DNA of 24,865 nucleotides from Gammaproteobacteria bacterium (GTDB lineage Bacteria; Pseudomonadota; Gammaproteobacteria; Pseudomonadales; JAYPBG01): NCBI GenBank assembly GCA_038124075.1, contig JAYPBG010000004.1, positions 4,173 to 29,037 of the forward strand, read 5' to 3'. Shown piece by piece: positions 22,932 to 24,865 of this stretch (position 1 is its first letter; each line of letters starts with the position of its first letter). The notes under the pieces were generated by a model. It saw only the letters and a program-made list of their open reading frames with translations, ran no database searches and was not told where the DNA came from. The position numbers and the translations under genes were made by a program.

Positions 22932-23024
22932 GCTGTAGTGCGATAAGCATTCACACAGAATTATTTACAGCCCCAGTTATTTACAGTCACCATCTTAACA
23001 GATTTTTTACTCAGCAATGTGATC

Positions 23025-24746
23025 TCAATCGCTTTTGCCTTTTTGTATTGTAGGGTGTTCATTTTTCTTCATCGACGTATAATTGGCTCTCTTATAATGT
23101 GTCTTGATAAACTCACCAATCTCTTTGCTATGTGAGAACCGAGGCTCTACAAATATGTTTTGATCACTGATGACACGCAGATATTGGTTTTGTGCGTGAA
23201 AGGGTCTCTTCTCTTTGTTATATATTATTAACGGATCTGCTGAATTAAACCTTCTAGGATCATCCAGCCAGTCCATAGCATGCACTATCTCATGAAGCGC
23301 GACCCCTATTTCATCAAAACTGAGTCGGTTAGCTCTTAATGACCCATGCCAATGAGCTGCTTTGAAAAAGATCTGAGCACCTTTCGCCACACCTCGCACC
23401 TGAGACGAGCGGTCATATCCAAACGTATCGATGCAAAAATGCCTGAATGTTTTTTTTGACATCGGACGAACATCAATAAGACCACTTTTCAACGAACTCG
23501 ATGCACGTTTGGCGGCATCAGGCATATCGGTCATGCAAAAACTCTTTATCAGGCGTGGGCGAATCCGCTGTGTCGCTGGCCTGGGTTTTAATTGCAATTC
23601 TGACTGATATCGGTTTAATGCGACCGTATTATGAACTTGGCTATTGAGACAAGAGGAAAATTTGGGTATTTTTATAAGTTGTGGTCCGATCACGCCTTCA
23701 CTGAGCAGCATTCTCAACTTGTGTTGCACGGCAATATTAAGCGCTTTTATACCGTCACCACCAGCCAAAGTGTTATTGTTATTTACTTCCTCCATCAATT
23801 TTGTGATATCCACTTTCTTTAAAGCTGCTTGGATATAACGATCGCGCCATCTCGACATCTTTAAACAGCGCCCCGAGTCATCCAACAGCTGTGGATTCGC
23901 AAGAGGACTCTGTCTCCTCGGGTGCAATACCATATTTTTGAACAAGGACCAGCCTAATTGCCCCGTCTCTTGTAGCATAAATTGCTCAATCTGTTCTGGT
24001 TTTGTGCCCGCTTTAATTACAAGCGAGAGAAGATCGGTACTCTGCTCTTTGTTATTGGGCTTGCCCCTCAGGCCTAACGCCTTTCGAGTCGGTAAAAATT
24101 GATCTAGAATGTCGAGTAGATGGGCAGCTTGTTTTGGCGTAACGTCTATACACTCTTTCCCATTTACTTTGATATCTAAGGCCTTGGGGGCCTTCATAGA
24201 GATACTGCCTGGGCTGGGTGTTATGCTCAAAGGGATCGCAGCAACCGTTTTTTTTCCCACAAACAGAGCACCTTCTTTGACCCACTGCAGTCGACGGTTC
24301 CAAGATTTACCTTGCGCTTTCCTTAAATTTGAGTAGGCCTCTCGGTTTAACCAAGTTAATGGCTTTTGAAAACTGTCATCTACAGGTGTCGTTGTGTTGC
24401 ACTGTCTGATCGCTTGAGTTAGTCGCCTGATCCGTAAATATTGGCGCTCGGGTTGAACTTTGACTTTTTTGCTTTGGTGGTAGTCTCTAAATTTCGAATT
24501 ATGGAGCTCTCGAGCGCTTTCATCCATCTCACGACGCTCACCCATCCCGCGCTTAGAATGAGCCATCATCCGTGCTGTATTTTGAAAGCGATAAGGAGTC
24601 AGCATTGAGTGGGTCTGACCAGAACATCTAGACATTGAAGAACAGCGCCTGCTCTGCAAGCCTACGATAGCCGTATAGGCTTCAGCTTGATAAGAAAAAC
24701 GGCTACAGACTGCTAAGCCAGATAAAACAAGGGAGTTTAATTTCAT
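23025..24746 (-). CDS. Basic hypothetical protein (573 aa) with a possible signal peptide and a C-terminal HExxH zincin-like motif
   Basis: Long ORF. N-terminus MKLNSLVLSGLAVC...QAEA|Y. Lys/Arg-rich. GVALHEIVHAMDW, with HEIVH at 23280-23294 on the minus strand. No family recognised. Confidence 0.7.
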   Translation of the reverse strand: MKLNSLVLSGLAVCSRFSYQAEAYTAIVGLQSRRCSSMSRCSGQTHSMLTPYRFQNTARMMAHSKRGMGERREMDESARELHNSKFRDYHQSKKVKVQPERQYLRIRRLTQAIRQCNTTTPVDDSFQKPLTWLNREAYSNLRKAQGKSWNRRLQWVKEGALFVGKKTVAAIPLSITPSPGSISMKAPKALDIKVNGKECIDVTPKQAAHLLDILDQFLPTRKALGLRGKPNNKEQSTDLLSLVIKAGTKPEQIEQFMLQETGQLGWSLFKNMVLHPRRQSPLANPQLLDDSGRCLKMSRWRDRYIQAALKKVDITKLMEEVNNNNTLAGGDGIKALNIAVQHKLRMLLSEGVIGPQLIKIPKFSSCLNSQVHNTVALNRYQSELQLKPRPATQRIRPRLIKSFCMTDMPDAAKRASSSLKSGLIDVRPMSKKTFRHFCIDTFGYDRSSQVRGVAKGAQIFFKAAHWHGSLRANRLSFDEIGVALHEIVHAMDWLDDPRRFNSADPLIIYNKEKRPFHAQNQYLRVISDQNIFVEPRFSHSKEIGEFIKTHYKRANYTSMKKNEHPTIQKGKSD

Positions 24747-24865
24747 GATTTAAATTAAGACACCATTAATCTATAAAACTACGAGAGAAAAGATTAAAGC
24801 CATTCAGACAGTTTTGCGCCGACCGCGTGATGGCCCAACAGGTCATTATGTGAGAGACCATAACC

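Noticed and set aside
22961-22986. TTATTTACAG direct repeat between the convergent genes
   Set aside because: Short, AT-rich, two copies only, and no clear terminator hairpin.
19960-23025. Integron cassette array (attC sites) around the immunity and ankyrin genes
   Set aside because: No convincing RYYYAAC...GTTRRRY paired cores flank these genes and there is no integrase in the window.

Overview
Accessory locus, probably from a gammaproteobacterium (inference). On the + strand, the 3' end of a flagellar hook-family gene (flgE-like) is translationally coupled to a signal-peptide-less fliP, and no fliQ/fliR follows. Next come four small exported proteins: an AB5-toxin-B-subunit-like C-x38-C protein, an FG-GAP repeat protein ending in a paralogous C-x38-C domain, a tiny lipoprotein with a Trp-rich tail, and a protein with a fibre-anchor-like motif and a coiled coil. 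They precede a 5461-aa YD/RHS-repeat protein. It has no Sec signal and a single Cys, and it carries an inserted beta-propeller-like region, two CBM60-like modules, a LysM domain, a poly-Pro linker, hydrophobic helices and an unrecognised C-terminal tip. An AT-rich membrane protein overlaps its stop codon and is a candidate immunity gene. Downstream are a REP-associated (HUH/Y1) tyrosine transposase with GGACACCC-type flanking repeats and a decayed duplicate of its own leader, an F-box plus ankyrin eukaryote-like protein, and a convergent basic HExxH protein. Main hypothesis: a flagellum-derived export module linked to a giant LysM-RHS toxin with AB5-B-like accessory subunits. All family assignments come from motifs read by eye; no database search was run.
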